Notes: a model not told the origin generated them from the letters alone. 64,000 nucleotides of DNA from Methanobacteriota archaeon (GCA_963787255.1 CAWBCJ010000001.1:64001-128000), one strand, 5' to 3'. Positions 11,114 to 21,924 are shown, counted from the first letter of the stretch. Numbers and translations: made by a program.

Positions 11114-11566
11114 CTATACTTCAGTTGAAGGGTTTACTCCTATTGGAGTTACTTGTAAATTCGAGAAATCCTCTATAACATTTACTGTAACAATTCCCTG
11201 TTCTTTATCAACTTTAACATCTGCAGCCACTATCGGGGTTAATCTTGTACCTGGAATGGTTGTTAATGTTGCAAATTTCTTAGCGTTTTCTATTGCCTCA
11301 TTAAGGGGTAGTTCTCGCTTACCTGTTACAAGGGTGTCTCCTTTGATGTAGCTTCCTGATCTAAAACCTGCCTGTGCTATGTTACTCCTAATTGAATCTG
11401 TTGGAACTACGTCATTTCCTTTTATAATCACTCCAGATATGGGTACGCCCTGATCTGAGTCTACAGATGTGGCATAAGACATATAACCCATTGTTCTTCC
11501 TGAAACAATTAAAAGAAATGCTAGCATTAAAATGATTAATGTATCTCTTCTTATTTTTATGAACAT
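11114..11566 (-). CDS. Membrane-anchored FtsQ-type POTRA-domain protein
   Basis: N-terminal TM then ISGVIIKGNDVVPTDSIRS...VTVNVIED POTRA-like pattern; in operon with Mur ligase. Confidence 0.7.
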   Translation of the reverse strand: MFIKIRRDTLIILMLAFLLIVSGRTMGYMSYATSVDSDQGVPISGVIIKGNDVVPTDSIRSNIAQAGFRSGSYIKGDTLVTGKRELPLNEAIENAKKFATLTTIPGTRLTPIVAADVKVDKEQGIVTVNVIEDFSNLQVTPIGVNPSTEV

Positions 11567-11642
11567 TCTCTTATCTCACATATTAGTTAATGAATTAAAA
11601 TTACATTTGATATTATAACAATTTAAATATTTTTTATAAATA

Positions 11643-13061
11643 TTATAGAAACTCATTTAAAATCTTATTTGCAGGATCCATGCCCTGCGCGCCAATTAAT
11701 AAAATTGTATCTTGGCTTTTTGATAATTTAATTACCTTTTCCAATGCATCATATAGTCTTTTATAAAAGATATAGTTTATCCCTTTTTTTTGAAGTACAT
11801 CTATAAAAACTTTTTTCTCATTGTCATTAACTATGTTTAAATTATCCACAACATCGCTGCTGCTGGTTATAATAAGTTTATAATAGCTATTTTGAAGCCC
11901 TTCTGCAATGGCTTCTGCATTAACTTGATTAATAGCTTCGCCTCTTGAACCTCTAATAGCTGAAACAACGTAAAAATTTCCATTTCCTATTAAGGCAGCG
12001 TTTTTTATTGTGGCTTTTATTCCATCGGGATTATGTGCAAAATCATCTATGATACAAGGATTCTCATTAATTACAGTAAAACGTCTCTTTAAAGGTTTAT
12101 ATGATTTAACAGCCTTTTTAATCACTTCAATACTAACTTTTAAACTTAAAGCAGCCCCTACAGCCGCCATGGTGTTTTGAATGAAGTGATCGCTTTTAAA
12201 GGGAAGATTATCTCTCTTTATACAAATATTTCCTTTATATGAAATTCCTTCATTATTTATGATTATATCTGCATCTTTTCCAAAAAATAGAACTTCGTTA
12301 TCTTGTGATGTGAGATTTTCCATCTTTTTTACAAGTGAATCATCTGCATTTAAAATTAAATGGCCATCTTCTTTTTTTAGTGCTTTTACTGCCCCTGAAG
12401 TTTCTTGAAATGTTTCTTCAATGGAATTCACAAGACCTATATGGTCTAAAGCTACGTTAGTTATAACAACTGTATCTGGATCAATTGCAGATGTCATTAG
12501 GTAGGCATGATCCTTCATTATATTATTAAGCCATCCTTGGACTTCAGAAACTTCTATAACCATTGCTTCTATATTTCCTTTAAATTCGGCAATTTGTTTT
12601 GCGACCATGGGGTCAATTAGGGTGTTAAATTCAGATTTTGAGTCTGTATTGGTGTAGGTATTGTATCCTGCTTCCTTTAGAATGTTGTAAATCATGTGAG
12701 TTGTTGTTGACTTCCCGTTGGTTCCTGTTACCACAATACGCAGTGATTTTTGTGCAAATTTATTAATTGCCCATTTTATGGCAAATGCATTGGCTAGTTC
12801 TATTTTTTCAGTTATTATAAAGGGTAATCCCAATTTTTCTGCAGCTTCAATGGCTTTACCTTTGGGATTTTGAGTTATTATAATTGAAACGCCTTTTTTG
12901 GCTGCAATTTCTACTCCTTTTTCATCTATCCAGTGCCGGATTACTGCATCGTTGTGTTTTGCGTCTTTTAAGATGTTGAAAATACCTTTCATTACTTTAT
13001 CTGGTCCTTTGAGTTTTCCATCTATTTTTTCTGCAATTTCTGATGCTTTAGGTTCATTCAT
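11643..13061 (-). CDS. Pseudomurein Mur-family peptide ligase (MurE-like)
   Basis: VTGTNGKSTT, IEVSE, ITNVALDHIG, IDDFAHNPDG motifs. Confidence 0.92.
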   Translation of the reverse strand: MNEPKASEIAEKIDGKLKGPDKVMKGIFNILKDAKHNDAVIRHWIDEKGVEIAAKKGVSIIITQNPKGKAIEAAEKLGLPFIITEKIELANAFAIKWAINKFAQKSLRIVVTGTNGKSTTTHMIYNILKEAGYNTYTNTDSKSEFNTLIDPMVAKQIAEFKGNIEAMVIEVSEVQGWLNNIMKDHAYLMTSAIDPDTVVITNVALDHIGLVNSIEETFQETSGAVKALKKEDGHLILNADDSLVKKMENLTSQDNEVLFFGKDADIIINNEGISYKGNICIKRDNLPFKSDHFIQNTMAAVGAALSLKVSIEVIKKAVKSYKPLKRRFTVINENPCIIDDFAHNPDGIKATIKNAALIGNGNFYVVSAIRGSRGEAINQVNAEAIAEGLQNSYYKLIITSSSDVVDNLNIVNDNEKKVFIDVLQKKGINYIFYKRLYDALEKVIKLSKSQDTILLIGAQGMDPANKILNEFL

Positions 13062-13090
13062 TTTCTTTCACATAGACATTATTTGTTAGA

Positions 13091-14164
13091 TTAAAGTAGT
13101 GGGTAGAAATAGAGTGCTAATGCGCATATTATAATGGTGATAAACCAGTATAGGAGTATGATTTTCTTTTCAGAAAGCCCTTTATAATGTAAAGTATGAT
13201 GCAATGGTTCTACAGGTAATTTAATGATGTGTGCGCGATGTAAAAGACTTACAATAACTGAGAGGATGGGAATAGTAAGTGCAATTACTGCAAAGTAAAT
13301 AATATCACCTAAAAATGCTGCTGTGATGTAACCTGCGCCTAATGCAAATGATCCGGTATCTCCCATGAATATTGATGCCGGATACCGGTTTAATGCTAGG
13401 AATCCGAATGAAATACCTGCAAGTGCAATGAAGGGTATTGATCCATCAATATTTCCAACAGAAATAGAGAAAATTGCACATGCAGTGGATGCTATTGCTA
13501 GTATTCCTGCTGCAAGGCCGTCCATACCATCAATCAAGTTTACAGAGTTTATTGCACCAATTATACCAAATATTATTACCGGAATTATAAAAATACCTAG
13601 TTCAAATCCGAGTACAGCTGAACTGACCGCTCCTGTACCAATTAAAAATAGGGAAATTAGAAATTGGGCGAATATCTTTTCACTTTCTTTAACTTCGCTT
13701 TTTATAGGTGCTTCTCCGATTATTTCAACATTATTTTCTTTTAAATGTTTTTCAAGGTCTTCTTTAGCTTTAGGGGTTGCAATTCGTGCTTCTTCTCCCG
13801 GTTTAAGCATTAATCTGCCTATTTCTATTGTGGTGGAAGATAAGTTTTTGACTTTTTTTTGGATTTCCTTGGTTTTTAGACCTATTAAATCATCCATGAG
13901 GCCAATTATGCCTGCAGTCATCATCAACATTGCTGTGATGATTAAATTAGAATTATTAAAATATATGCATGCAGTAAGAAGAATTCCTAGAAGTATTGCA
14001 AGTCCTCCCATTGTTGGAGTTCCTGCTTTATGGCTGTGTTCTGTTACAATTGGTTTATCAGTTATATTAGCATCCTTCAGTATCTTTCTTACAAATAATG
14101 TGAAAAATAACGTTGATAGGAATGCCAGAAGAAATATAAAAATGTCTGTCTGTGAAATGTTCAA
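13091..14164 (-). CDS. MraY-like glycosyltransferase family 4 (polyprenyl-phosphate transferase)
   Basis: HKAGTPTMGG, GLMDD, NLIDGMDGLA, FMGDTGS, PLHH; likely TTG start at 14164 after GGTGG (ORF open to 14227). Confidence 0.9.
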   Translation of the reverse strand: MNISQTDIFIFLLAFLSTLFFTLFVRKILKDANITDKPIVTEHSHKAGTPTMGGLAILLGILLTACIYFNNSNLIITAMLMMTAGIIGLMDDLIGLKTKEIQKKVKNLSSTTIEIGRLMLKPGEEARIATPKAKEDLEKHLKENNVEIIGEAPIKSEVKESEKIFAQFLISLFLIGTGAVSSAVLGFELGIFIIPVIIFGIIGAINSVNLIDGMDGLAAGILAIASTACAIFSISVGNIDGSIPFIALAGISFGFLALNRYPASIFMGDTGSFALGAGYITAAFLGDIIYFAVIALTIPILSVIVSLLHRAHIIKLPVEPLHHTLHYKGLSEKKIILLYWFITIIICALALYFYPLL

Positions 14165-14294
14165 CTTACCACCTGATTTCATATAATAATATTTATTATT
14201 TAATTTGTATGGTTCTTTTTTTTTCAATTTGATTAATAGTAAATAATTTATGTTATTTTATTGAATTTTTATATTATGGTGTATATAATGCTTT

Positions 14295-15425
14295 TCAAGT
14301 TATATGAAACTTTTTATAATCAATATTTAACTTTCTTGCATTATTAAATGCTTTTTCCAGGGTTTCAGCACGGATTGTGATGCGTTGGAAATTTTCGGGG
14401 CCGTGAATTATATATGAATCGCTGCCTTTAAACACTCTGAAATTAAAATTATTTTTTTCTGTTTTATAGTTGCCGACAGGTAGCTCAAGCGCACAGTAAT
14501 TTTCAATTCGTTTTTCTACTTCTTTATTATTCCATTTACCTGCGGCCATATCCACGAGTTCATGCATCGGGCTTATGTTTGTGGACGCTGCAGTTAAGTA
14601 TCTAGTGCCACTAGGACGAGTATTTATTTCTATAAAATAACTAACAGCTTCATTTTCATCAAATATAATATCGATGTCAATTACACCTTCGGCACCTAAA
14701 GAATCGGCAATTATACCTGCTTGTTTCATTATTCCTTGATTATTCAGACTGTCTATATTTAATGGGGCTGTTTTTAGTTTATCTAGGGGGTGAATACCTT
14801 CATTAGTTGTTTTTCCTTTAAATACGGGTACAAGAGGAACAGTTTTTCCGTTATATCTTAATACCTCAATAGATATTTCTGTACCTTCAATAAATTTTTC
14901 TGCAAAAGCACCTTCAAAATCTGGTATTATATTATTATAATCTTCTTCATTCCAGACAATTTTTATTCCACTTCCACCTTGACCTTCCAATTTTTTAAAT
15001 ACAGCAGGTAAACTAGGTTTTTGTCCATTTTTTGAAATTTTACAAAAAGGTGGAGTATTTATTCCACTTTTAACGAAGAATTCTTTGGTTTTAAGTTTGT
15101 CTCTAGCAGTAATAACTGCTTCTAAAGGAGATGCTACTACCGGAATCCCGTAATCGTTTTCAAGTTCTTCTTTTAGTTTTGCGACTTCAATAAGGGGTTT
15201 ATCTATTCCAATTAGAGGTAAGACTGCGTCTACATCTTCTTTAATTGCGATTTCTTTAGGTGCTTCCATTCCCCTTGGAACGATGTAATGGCTGTCTGAT
15301 AACTTTAAGTTTGGTGAATCAGGGTTAGATTCAGTTAATATGGAGGTGATTCCTTCGTTTTTTGTATATATTGCTATATCGTCGAAAAGTCTTGCTCCGA
15401 TAAATAGTATCTTCATTTTTATCAC
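14295..15425 (-). CDS. ATP-grasp domain protein of the pseudomurein cluster
   Basis: DKLKTKEFF, GQGGSGI, EKFIEGTEISIE, FIEINTRPSG. Confidence 0.85.
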   Translation of the reverse strand: MIKMKILFIGARLFDDIAIYTKNEGITSILTESNPDSPNLKLSDSHYIVPRGMEAPKEIAIKEDVDAVLPLIGIDKPLIEVAKLKEELENDYGIPVVASPLEAVITARDKLKTKEFFVKSGINTPPFCKISKNGQKPSLPAVFKKLEGQGGSGIKIVWNEEDYNNIIPDFEGAFAEKFIEGTEISIEVLRYNGKTVPLVPVFKGKTTNEGIHPLDKLKTAPLNIDSLNNQGIMKQAGIIADSLGAEGVIDIDIIFDENEAVSYFIEINTRPSGTRYLTAASTNISPMHELVDMAAGKWNNKEVEKRIENYCALELPVGNYKTEKNNFNFRVFKGSDSYIIHGPENFQRITIRAETLEKAFNNARKLNIDYKKFHIT

Positions 15426-15644
15426 TGGAAATCAATTAAATAAAAATATTTAGTAATATTGATTTGTTTTAAGTTATTAAATACGTTAAGAAGTTTATTT
15501 TTATTATACTTAAATAATATTGAATTTTATTGGTTTCTTATCTTGATTTTTAGATATTTAAAGTCGAATGGTAATAATCATAGTATGATGAATTTCAATA
15601 AATTTATTAAAATTAAAAGTTAACATTATAATTGGTGATTAATA

Positions 15645-16001
15645 ATGGAACAAAAACACGGAGCTATTAAACAAGCTAGAAAACTAATGGGATTTTCTCC
15701 CGATGTATTAGACATGTATGAAGAACTAAACCCCGAACTATTAGAAATAATTGGAAAGTTTGATAAAATAATCCTAAAAGACGGAGCTTTACCCACTAAA
15801 ACCAAAAGATTAATTGCATTAGGCATCATAATCTCAAACCAATGCGGATACTGTGTTGAACAACAACTTAGAGCTGCGATTAATGCTGGAGCTACAAAAG
15901 AAGAAATAGTAGATTTAATGGGTGTTGTACTACTCACCTCTGGAGCGCCTGCACTGGCTTCATGCCGAGATACAATAGCAGAAATAATTAAAGAACTTTA
16001 G
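15645..16001 (+). CDS. Carboxymuconolactone decarboxylase/AhpD-like protein
   Basis: GALPTKTKRLIALG..QCGYC..AINAGATKEEI. Confidence 0.85.
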   Translation: MEQKHGAIKQARKLMGFSPDVLDMYEELNPELLEIIGKFDKIILKDGALPTKTKRLIALGIIISNQCGYCVEQQLRAAINAGATKEEIVDLMGVVLLTSGAPALASCRDTIAEIIKEL

Positions 16002-16006
16002 AAGAA

Positions 16007-16468
16007 TTATATCAACTCAAAAAGAGTATTTACAACAATTTCAATACTCTTTTCAACTTCCTTAGATATTCCTTCAGCAAGCTCCATGTTCTTAGGTTGC
16101 ATTCCAACTAGAATGATCCGAGCACCAATTGTAGTTTCCATAAACTTAATTAAAAACGAAATAGGCATTGCATGGGTTGAAATGTTATACTTAGCTATTT
16201 CATCTTTTTGAACTACCCTAATATGTCCTGGTTCCTTCTTCATTTCCACCGCATCAACCAATATTATGTGGGTGGGCTCTTCATTCCTTATAAGACTCGT
16301 ATAATTTTCAGGAACAGTACCACCATCAAAAACAATAACATCATCATTTTTCTCAAATAGATCATTTAGTTTCCATACTATATTGGGACCCAGACCATCA
16401 TCGCCTTTTATTTCATTTCCTATACCTAAAATAACAATTTTCCCATGATTTTTAAGAAACTTTTTCAA
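16007..16468 (-). CDS. hycI: Hydrogenase maturation protease
   Basis: GIGNEIKGDDGLG, GGTVPEN, ILVDA, STHAMP. Confidence 0.9.
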   Translation of the reverse strand: MKKFLKNHGKIVILGIGNEIKGDDGLGPNIVWKLNDLFEKNDDVIVFDGGTVPENYTSLIRNEEPTHIILVDAVEMKKEPGHIRVVQKDEIAKYNISTHAMPISFLIKFMETTIGARIILVGMQPKNMELAEGISKEVEKSIEIVVNTLFELI

Positions 16469-17282
16469 CTCTTGTTTTAATACTATTTAATCCACCACCC
16501 ATCACATAACTGAGTTTGATCTCTATTTGATCTCCCATATCTACATTAATCCTTTTTATAGGAACAAGTAAGGGAGGATTCAACATGGGAGTTGGCCCGC
16601 AAATTATTTCTTCAGTAAGCAAAGTGAATGTTGTGATCTTAATTCCTGAGATAATTCCTTCTTTTAAAACTTTAAACTTAATATTAGCCTCTAACTCTTC
16701 TTCAATTTTATTTTTAAAATTAATTTCGTTATAAATTACTAGATCACTCATTACTTCATAATTAGGCTTTTGATTGGCTTCAGGGTCTTCATAACAGATG
16801 TAATCTCTATCCATGCTGATGATCTCAGCTCCATTTAGAATCTTGCATGGAATGATATCTCCATCTTTTTTAAGGTATTTTAAAATAGAATTGATTACCG
16901 GGATCTGTTCCTCGTCAATTAAAGCGGTGTCTAACATTTCACAGATAATTAAATCGGCCTTATCTTGAAAAATAACTTCTTTTGCATCTTTATTGATTAA
17001 AATAATATTATTGAATGGTTTAAAATTATATTCGGCAAATTTTGCTGCTTTAGTATCGATTTCAATAGAATAAACAAAGTTAGAATGAAAAGAGGCTAAA
17101 ATAGATAAAATTCCGCAGCCTGCACCAATATCATAAACTATTCCATTGGCTTTTTGTGTTATTGCTTCGTGGAAGGCTGTTAGTCTTTCTTCATCAGATA
17201 AAAGATTAAAATGATAAGGTGTTGTGCGCATTTTAGTTTTTAGTGACTTTAAGTCTACTATAGGCTGTTTTAAAGCGCACAT
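16452..17282 (-). CDS. SAM-dependent methyltransferase (protein-Arg-methyltransferase-like)
   Basis: VYDIGAGCGILS motif I, IICEMLDTALIDE. Confidence 0.8.
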   Translation of the reverse strand: MCALKQPIVDLKSLKTKMRTTPYHFNLLSDEERLTAFHEAITQKANGIVYDIGAGCGILSILASFHSNFVYSIEIDTKAAKFAEYNFKPFNNIILINKDAKEVIFQDKADLIICEMLDTALIDEEQIPVINSILKYLKKDGDIIPCKILNGAEIISMDRDYICYEDPEANQKPNYEVMSDLVIYNEINFKNKIEEELEANIKFKVLKEGIISGIKITTFTLLTEEIICGPTPMLNPPLLVPIKRINVDMGDQIEIKLSYVMGGGLNSIKTRVEKVS

Positions 17283-17368
17283 ACTGGATTCTTTTACTTA
17301 TATATGATCAGACTACTATCTCTATTGTCTGATAAAATAATAAGTGAGTATTTAAAAAAAAATTAAAT

Positions 17369-17818
17369 TTATGGTGAAATTGTACTACTAGCACCGGATT
17401 TTTCTAGATCCATTTGTTTTCCGATTGCAGTACTGGTTAAACGTACGTGTTCTACACCTTTTAATCTCATTATTTTTTCTGAGAGTGTTCTGATGTATTT
17501 AACATCGCCTTTAACGACTACTACTTCAAGACAGTGTTTATCGGTCATGTGTACGTGCATTACTGCATTAATGAAATCTTTGTAATCGTGCTGGATTTCT
17601 GTAAGGTCTTCCATTACTCCTGTGTAGTGGTGGTCGTAGATTACGGCGATTATTCCGATTCTTTCTCCTTCCATCTCGTTCATCCATTGGTATCTTACAA
17701 TGTAGTCTTTTAATGCATCTCTGATACCTTTTGATCGGGATTGATATCCTCTATCTTTTAGAACTCCATCAAATTCATTTAACAATTTTTTTGGTAGTGA
17801 CATACTAATTCTCATCAC
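17369..17818 (-). CDS. nikR: Nickel-responsive regulator NikR
   Basis: RHH N-terminus RISMSLP..SRSKGIRD, YDHH, HVHM..HCLE Ni ligands. Confidence 0.95.
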   Translation of the reverse strand: MMRISMSLPKKLLNEFDGVLKDRGYQSRSKGIRDALKDYIVRYQWMNEMEGERIGIIAVIYDHHYTGVMEDLTEIQHDYKDFINAVMHVHMTDKHCLEVVVVKGDVKYIRTLSEKIMRLKGVEHVRLTSTAIGKQMDLEKSGASSTISP

Positions 17819-18039
17819 ATTTTCCCCTCCGTTATTACTTTATTATTATCATACTATTTTATAGTATTTAAATGTTGTTACTTTACAACAATATTGTGCA
17901 AGCACAACAATATTTATGCATATTATTTTCTTAAAACATATGATATAATACAGTTTCATTATCTTTGTACTATTTAAATATTGTCCTTTACAAGCAATAT
18001 TGTTCCATGATAACAACAAATATTGTTAATAATTTCCAA

Positions 18040-18077
18040 TAATAGTAATATATATTATGTTATAAGTATTACTATTA
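18040..18077. promoter_or_regulatory. Putative NikR operator
   Basis: Perfect inverted repeat TAATAGTAATA-N16-TATTACTATTA between divergent nikR and CBS gene; same geometry as E. coli GTATGA-N16-TCATAC. Confidence 0.65.
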
Positions 18078-18165
18078 ACATTTTTTGAAAAACACTCTAA
18101 TTCCCACAATAGCAATATAAACTTGAAAAAACAATACTATATGTATACCAAAAAGGAGTGATAGA

Positions 18166-18564
18166 ATGGAAGTTAGAGAAGCAATGAATCAAGGCATAAT
18201 ATCAATCAGTCCAGATACCAGCCCGCTTGAAGCATTTGAAAAAATGTACAAAGAAGGAGTAAGAAGACTATTCGTTATGGATGATGGAAAAGCTGTTGGC
18301 GTAATATCCTACCTTGATCTTGTAGGTGTACTAGGAACATTAACACCCCGCATTAAAGAATCTGGAGACTTAAAAATCAGTAAAATAATGTCAGAAGATA
18401 TAATGACTATTGATGCAGGAGATAAAATTCAAGATGCAGCAAATTTAATGCTAAGAGCTGACATATCAGGCCTACTAGTCTTAGAAAGCGAAAAACCTAT
18501 AGGAGTAATTACAAAAACCGATATTTGCAGGTTAGTAGCAGCAGAAATCTTAGTTCCACAATAA
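18166..18564 (+). CDS. Tandem CBS domain protein
   Basis: Two CBS repeats (VREAM...GVISYLDL; ISKIM...GVITKTDI); GGAGTG RBS. Confidence 0.9.
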   Translation: MEVREAMNQGIISISPDTSPLEAFEKMYKEGVRRLFVMDDGKAVGVISYLDLVGVLGTLTPRIKESGDLKISKIMSEDIMTIDAGDKIQDAANLMLRADISGLLVLESEKPIGVITKTDICRLVAAEILVPQ

Positions 18565-18695
18565 ATACTACCAATAATAATTACAATAATTTATTTAATA
18601 AAATTACAAATATTCCGTTATACAAAAATCATTAATTTTAATTATTTATTACAATTTTTTAAAATAAGCAAAAAAAAATATATCCACATATTAAA

Positions 18696-18769
<74 letters not shown>

Positions 18770-18771
18770 GA

Positions 18772-18845
18772 TGCGGCGTCCGGGATTTGAACCCGGGTCA
18801 CTGACGTGGCAGGCCAGAGTCTTAACCAGACTGGACTAACGCCGC
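18772..18845 (-). tRNA. tRNA-Gly(GCC)
   Basis: GCGGCGTTAGTCCAGTCTGGTTAAGACTCTGGCCTGCCACGTCAGTGACCCGGGTTCAAATCCCGGACGCCGCA; 2 nt from tRNA-Gly(TCC). Confidence 0.96.
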
Positions 18846-18869
18846 ATACCCCTAATTTTAGGCTCATAG

Positions 18870-18877
18870 TATATAAA
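18870..18877 (-). promoter_or_regulatory. TATA box of the tRNA-Gly dicistron
   Basis: TTTATATA on the minus strand ~25 nt upstream of tRNA-Gly(GCC). Confidence 0.6.
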
Positions 18878-18956
18878 CATTTAGGTAAATGGAAATCAAA
18901 TATCAAATTAAACTTAAAAATATGTTTCTAATTCATACTATTATAATTTCATATAT

Positions 18957-20003
18957 TTATATCCACTTTTTCCTTCTAAAGTAAATCAACATGAAAACAG
19001 CGAGTATAAACATGACTAATAAAACAATAGGATATGAAAGAGGATGCTCAATTTCAGGCATAAATCTAAAATTCATCCCATAAAGACCAACAATAAAAGT
19101 TAAAGGAACAAAAATAGTTGATATAATTGTTAAAACCCTTACAATTTCATTTAATCTATTACTGGTACTTGAAAGATAAATATCAAGCATTTCAGAAATT
19201 CTATCTCTAAATGATTCCAGTGTTTCAAAAACATGCATTGAATGATCATAAACGTCACGAATGTAAAAGTTGGTTGATTCCTCAATTAGAGAATAGTCCT
19301 TTGATTCAAGGTCGCTTAACATTTCTCGAAGGGGCCAGATCGCTTTTCTTAAAGTAATAATGTCTATTTTGATATGATGAATAAGCTGGAGAACATTGGA
19401 ATTTACATTTTTAATTAATTCTTCTTCTATTAACTCTATTCTATCTTCAAGCTCTTCTAAATCTAAGAAATAACTATCAATTACAGTATCAATAAGAGAA
19501 TATAGCAAATAGTCTGCCCCTCTTTTTCTTATTGGATTGTCCTTCGATTTCAACCGTTTTAAAACCATGTCAAATATTTTATCATTATCATCCTGGAAAC
19601 TGATTACAAGATTATTTTCAAGGATAAAGCTAATTTGTTTAGTGGTTATACGGTCTTCTTTGTCAGTATCAAATAATTTCAAAACAAGATATAGATAATC
19701 ATTATAATCTTCAATTTTAGGTCTTTGATTGGTATTTAAAATGTCTTCCACCACTAATAGGTGTAAATTAAAACATTTACCTATTTCTTTTAATTTTTCT
19801 ATCCCTGAAAAGCCATTTATCTTTATCCATTTGATTGTATCTTTATTTTTAAATTCAGGGCATTTTTCAATTGTTTTCTGGTGAAAAGTTTCTTTATCGA
19901 ATTCAATAAAGGTTATTGTAGTTTCTATATCCTTTTTACCTGTGTAAATTAAAGATCCTGGTGGAAGGCCTGGTTTTTTGGATAGTCGCTTAATATTCAA
20001 CAT
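18957..20003 (-). CDS. corA: Magnesium/cobalt transporter CorA
   Basis: GLPPGSLIYTG, QRPKIE, YGMNF motif, two C-terminal TMs. Confidence 0.95.
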   Translation of the reverse strand: MLNIKRLSKKPGLPPGSLIYTGKKDIETTITFIEFDKETFHQKTIEKCPEFKNKDTIKWIKINGFSGIEKLKEIGKCFNLHLLVVEDILNTNQRPKIEDYNDYLYLVLKLFDTDKEDRITTKQISFILENNLVISFQDDNDKIFDMVLKRLKSKDNPIRKRGADYLLYSLIDTVIDSYFLDLEELEDRIELIEEELIKNVNSNVLQLIHHIKIDIITLRKAIWPLREMLSDLESKDYSLIEESTNFYIRDVYDHSMHVFETLESFRDRISEMLDIYLSSTSNRLNEIVRVLTIISTIFVPLTFIVGLYGMNFRFMPEIEHPLSYPIVLLVMFILAVFMLIYFRRKKWI

Positions 20004-20339
20004 TTTTTCACTATTATTACATTATTCATTTTATTTGTAATAACAGTATAACATTTTTATATATATTTTATGTTCTTATTTCATATTTTTAAAGCATCAA
20101 AATCATTGTATTGCTGAATAGCATATAATAATCAATTAAACTAAGAAATATAGGCTGACTTAATCTTTTAATCACTTAAAGTATCTTAAATAATGAAAAC
20201 ATTTATATATTAAGTAATTGAAAATGTCTTTCGATTTAAATACATAGATATTTTCAACTATAAACTATTTTAAAAAAAATAGAACCTTTATTGTCGTTAG
20301 TATCATAAAAATTGTGATAATAAAACAGGAGGCTTAAAA

Positions 20340-21713
20340 ACGGACATAAATTTTAAGAAATATGGACTACCAGTGGCTATACTTGCTTTTATAGTCGTAA
20401 TGCTAATTCCTATGAATGGTTTAAGTTATCCTGGTCAAGCAGCAATCGCATTACTTGTATTCGCCATAATAATGTGGGCGACAGAAGCCGTACACCTAGC
20501 TGTTACTTCTTTAATAATATTGTTTATACAGCCCATAATTGGAGTTGAGAGTTTTAACGATGCTGTAATTGGTTTTGCCAATCCTATCATCTTCCTTATG
20601 ATCGGTGGTTTTATTATTGCTGAGGCAATTCGTAAAAGCGGATTAGCTACACGTTTAACCTATGTAATGCTTAATAAGTTTGGTACCAGTCCAGATAGAA
20701 GCATTTTTGTTGCAGTATTTTCAACAGGACTATTATCTGCATGGATTGAAAACGTTGTAGCCTTTGCAATGCTACTTCCCATCATCAAAAGTATCATACC
20801 ACTTATGGGAGTTAAAGATCCCGAAAAAGGTAAAAGTAACTTCGCAAAAGCCATGATTCTTGGAGCATCCTACGGTTCTCTTGCCGGAGGATTCGGAACA
20901 GAAATAGGAACCGCCCCTAACTTAATGGCAGCAGCATACACAGGAATACCATTTGCAACCTGGATGGTCTTCGGATTCCCACTAGCAATTATAATGATGC
21001 TTATAATCTGGAAATTACTCGGAAGAATATACAAACCAGAAGTAAGCGGAATAGTAGGCGGAATGGACACTATCACCTCCAAAATCGAATCATTAGGATC
21101 CATGAGTAAAACAGAAAAACTCACACTAATTATACTCCTATTCACAATTGGACTATGGGTTACAACAAGTATCACAGGGCTAAACAGTTACTCAGTTGCT
21201 TTAATTGGTGCAGTACTCTTTTTCATATTCAAAGTTATCGACTGGCATGATGCTCAAAATGGTGTTGACTGGGGTTTAATAATCTTCTTCGGAGGAGCAC
21301 TATCTCTTGGAGCAGCATTATTAAATACTGGAGCAGCAGCATGGCTCATAAACGACCTACTAGGATTACTAGGTAACAACGTATCAACACTTGCAATAAC
21401 AATAGTTCTGATGATTATTGCAGTCAGCATAACACAAGTAATGTCTAACATTGCATTAGCAGCAATATTAATACCACTATCAGTCACACTCGCAGCAGCA
21501 CAGGGACAACCAGTAGGAACATACGCAGTACCAGTAGCAATCGCCTGCAGTCTCTCATTCGCACTTCCAATGGCAGACCCAACAGTCGCCATGGCTTACG
21601 GAACAGGATACGTGAAAATAACGGAAATACTAAAAGCAGGAATACCACTAATAGTGATAGGCATTATAATAGCCATTATAGTCCTAACCCTTGCAAAACC
21701 ATTACTTGGATAA
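20340..21713 (+). CDS. DASS/SLC13 sodium:sulfate or dicarboxylate symporter
   Basis: [25 protein letters not shown] motifs and many TMs; first canonical start GTG 20373, but GGAGG points to in-frame ACG at 20340. Confidence 0.85.
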   Translation, partial: TDINFKKYGLPVAILAFIVVMLIPMNGLSYPGQAAIALLVFAIIMWATEAVHLAVTSLIILFIQPIIGVESFNDAVIGFANPIIFLMIGGFIIAEAIRKSGLATRLTYVMLNKFGTSPDRSIFVAVFSTGLLSAWIENVVAFAMLLPIIKSIIPLMGVKDPEKGKSNFAKAMILGASYGSLAGGFGTEIGTAPNLMAAAYTGIPFATWMVFGFPLAIIMMLIIWKLLGRIYKPEVSGIVGGMDTITSKIESLGSMSKTEKLTLIILLFTIGLWVTTSITGLNSYSVALIGAVLFFIFKVIDWHDAQNGVDWGLIIFFGGALSLGAALLNTGAAAWLINDLLGLLGNNVSTLAITIVLMIIAVSITQVMSNIALAAILIPLSVTLAAAQGQPVGTYAVPVAIACSLSFALPMADPTVAMAYGTGYVKITEILKAGIPLIVIGIIIAIIVLTLAKPLLG

Positions 21714-21721
21714 TAAGTTAT

Positions 21722-21747
21722 TAGAAAATGTAGAATCACATTTTCTA
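21722..21747 (+). terminator. Stem-loop after DASS transporter
   Basis: TAGAAAATGT/ACATTTTCTA perfect 10-bp stem followed by T tracts. Confidence 0.55.
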
Positions 21748-21924
21748 CACTCTTTTTTATTTAAATCTATTGTCCTTTATTTTCTTTTTTTATTAATCAG
21801 AAAAATTTATTACTAATATTATGCTATTTTTAAAGGGTAAATAATATTATATAAAATATTAAATAGTCTATACATTCGATACATTTATATAGAGATGAAA
21901 GGCAACATTCTTCCGGTGAGCTAA

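Noticed and set aside
13365-14186. 273-aa plus-strand ORF and similar antisense ORFs (e.g. 3332-3832, 50240-50764, 53523-53990, 61035-61580)
   Set aside because: Shadow ORFs opposite well-supported genes.
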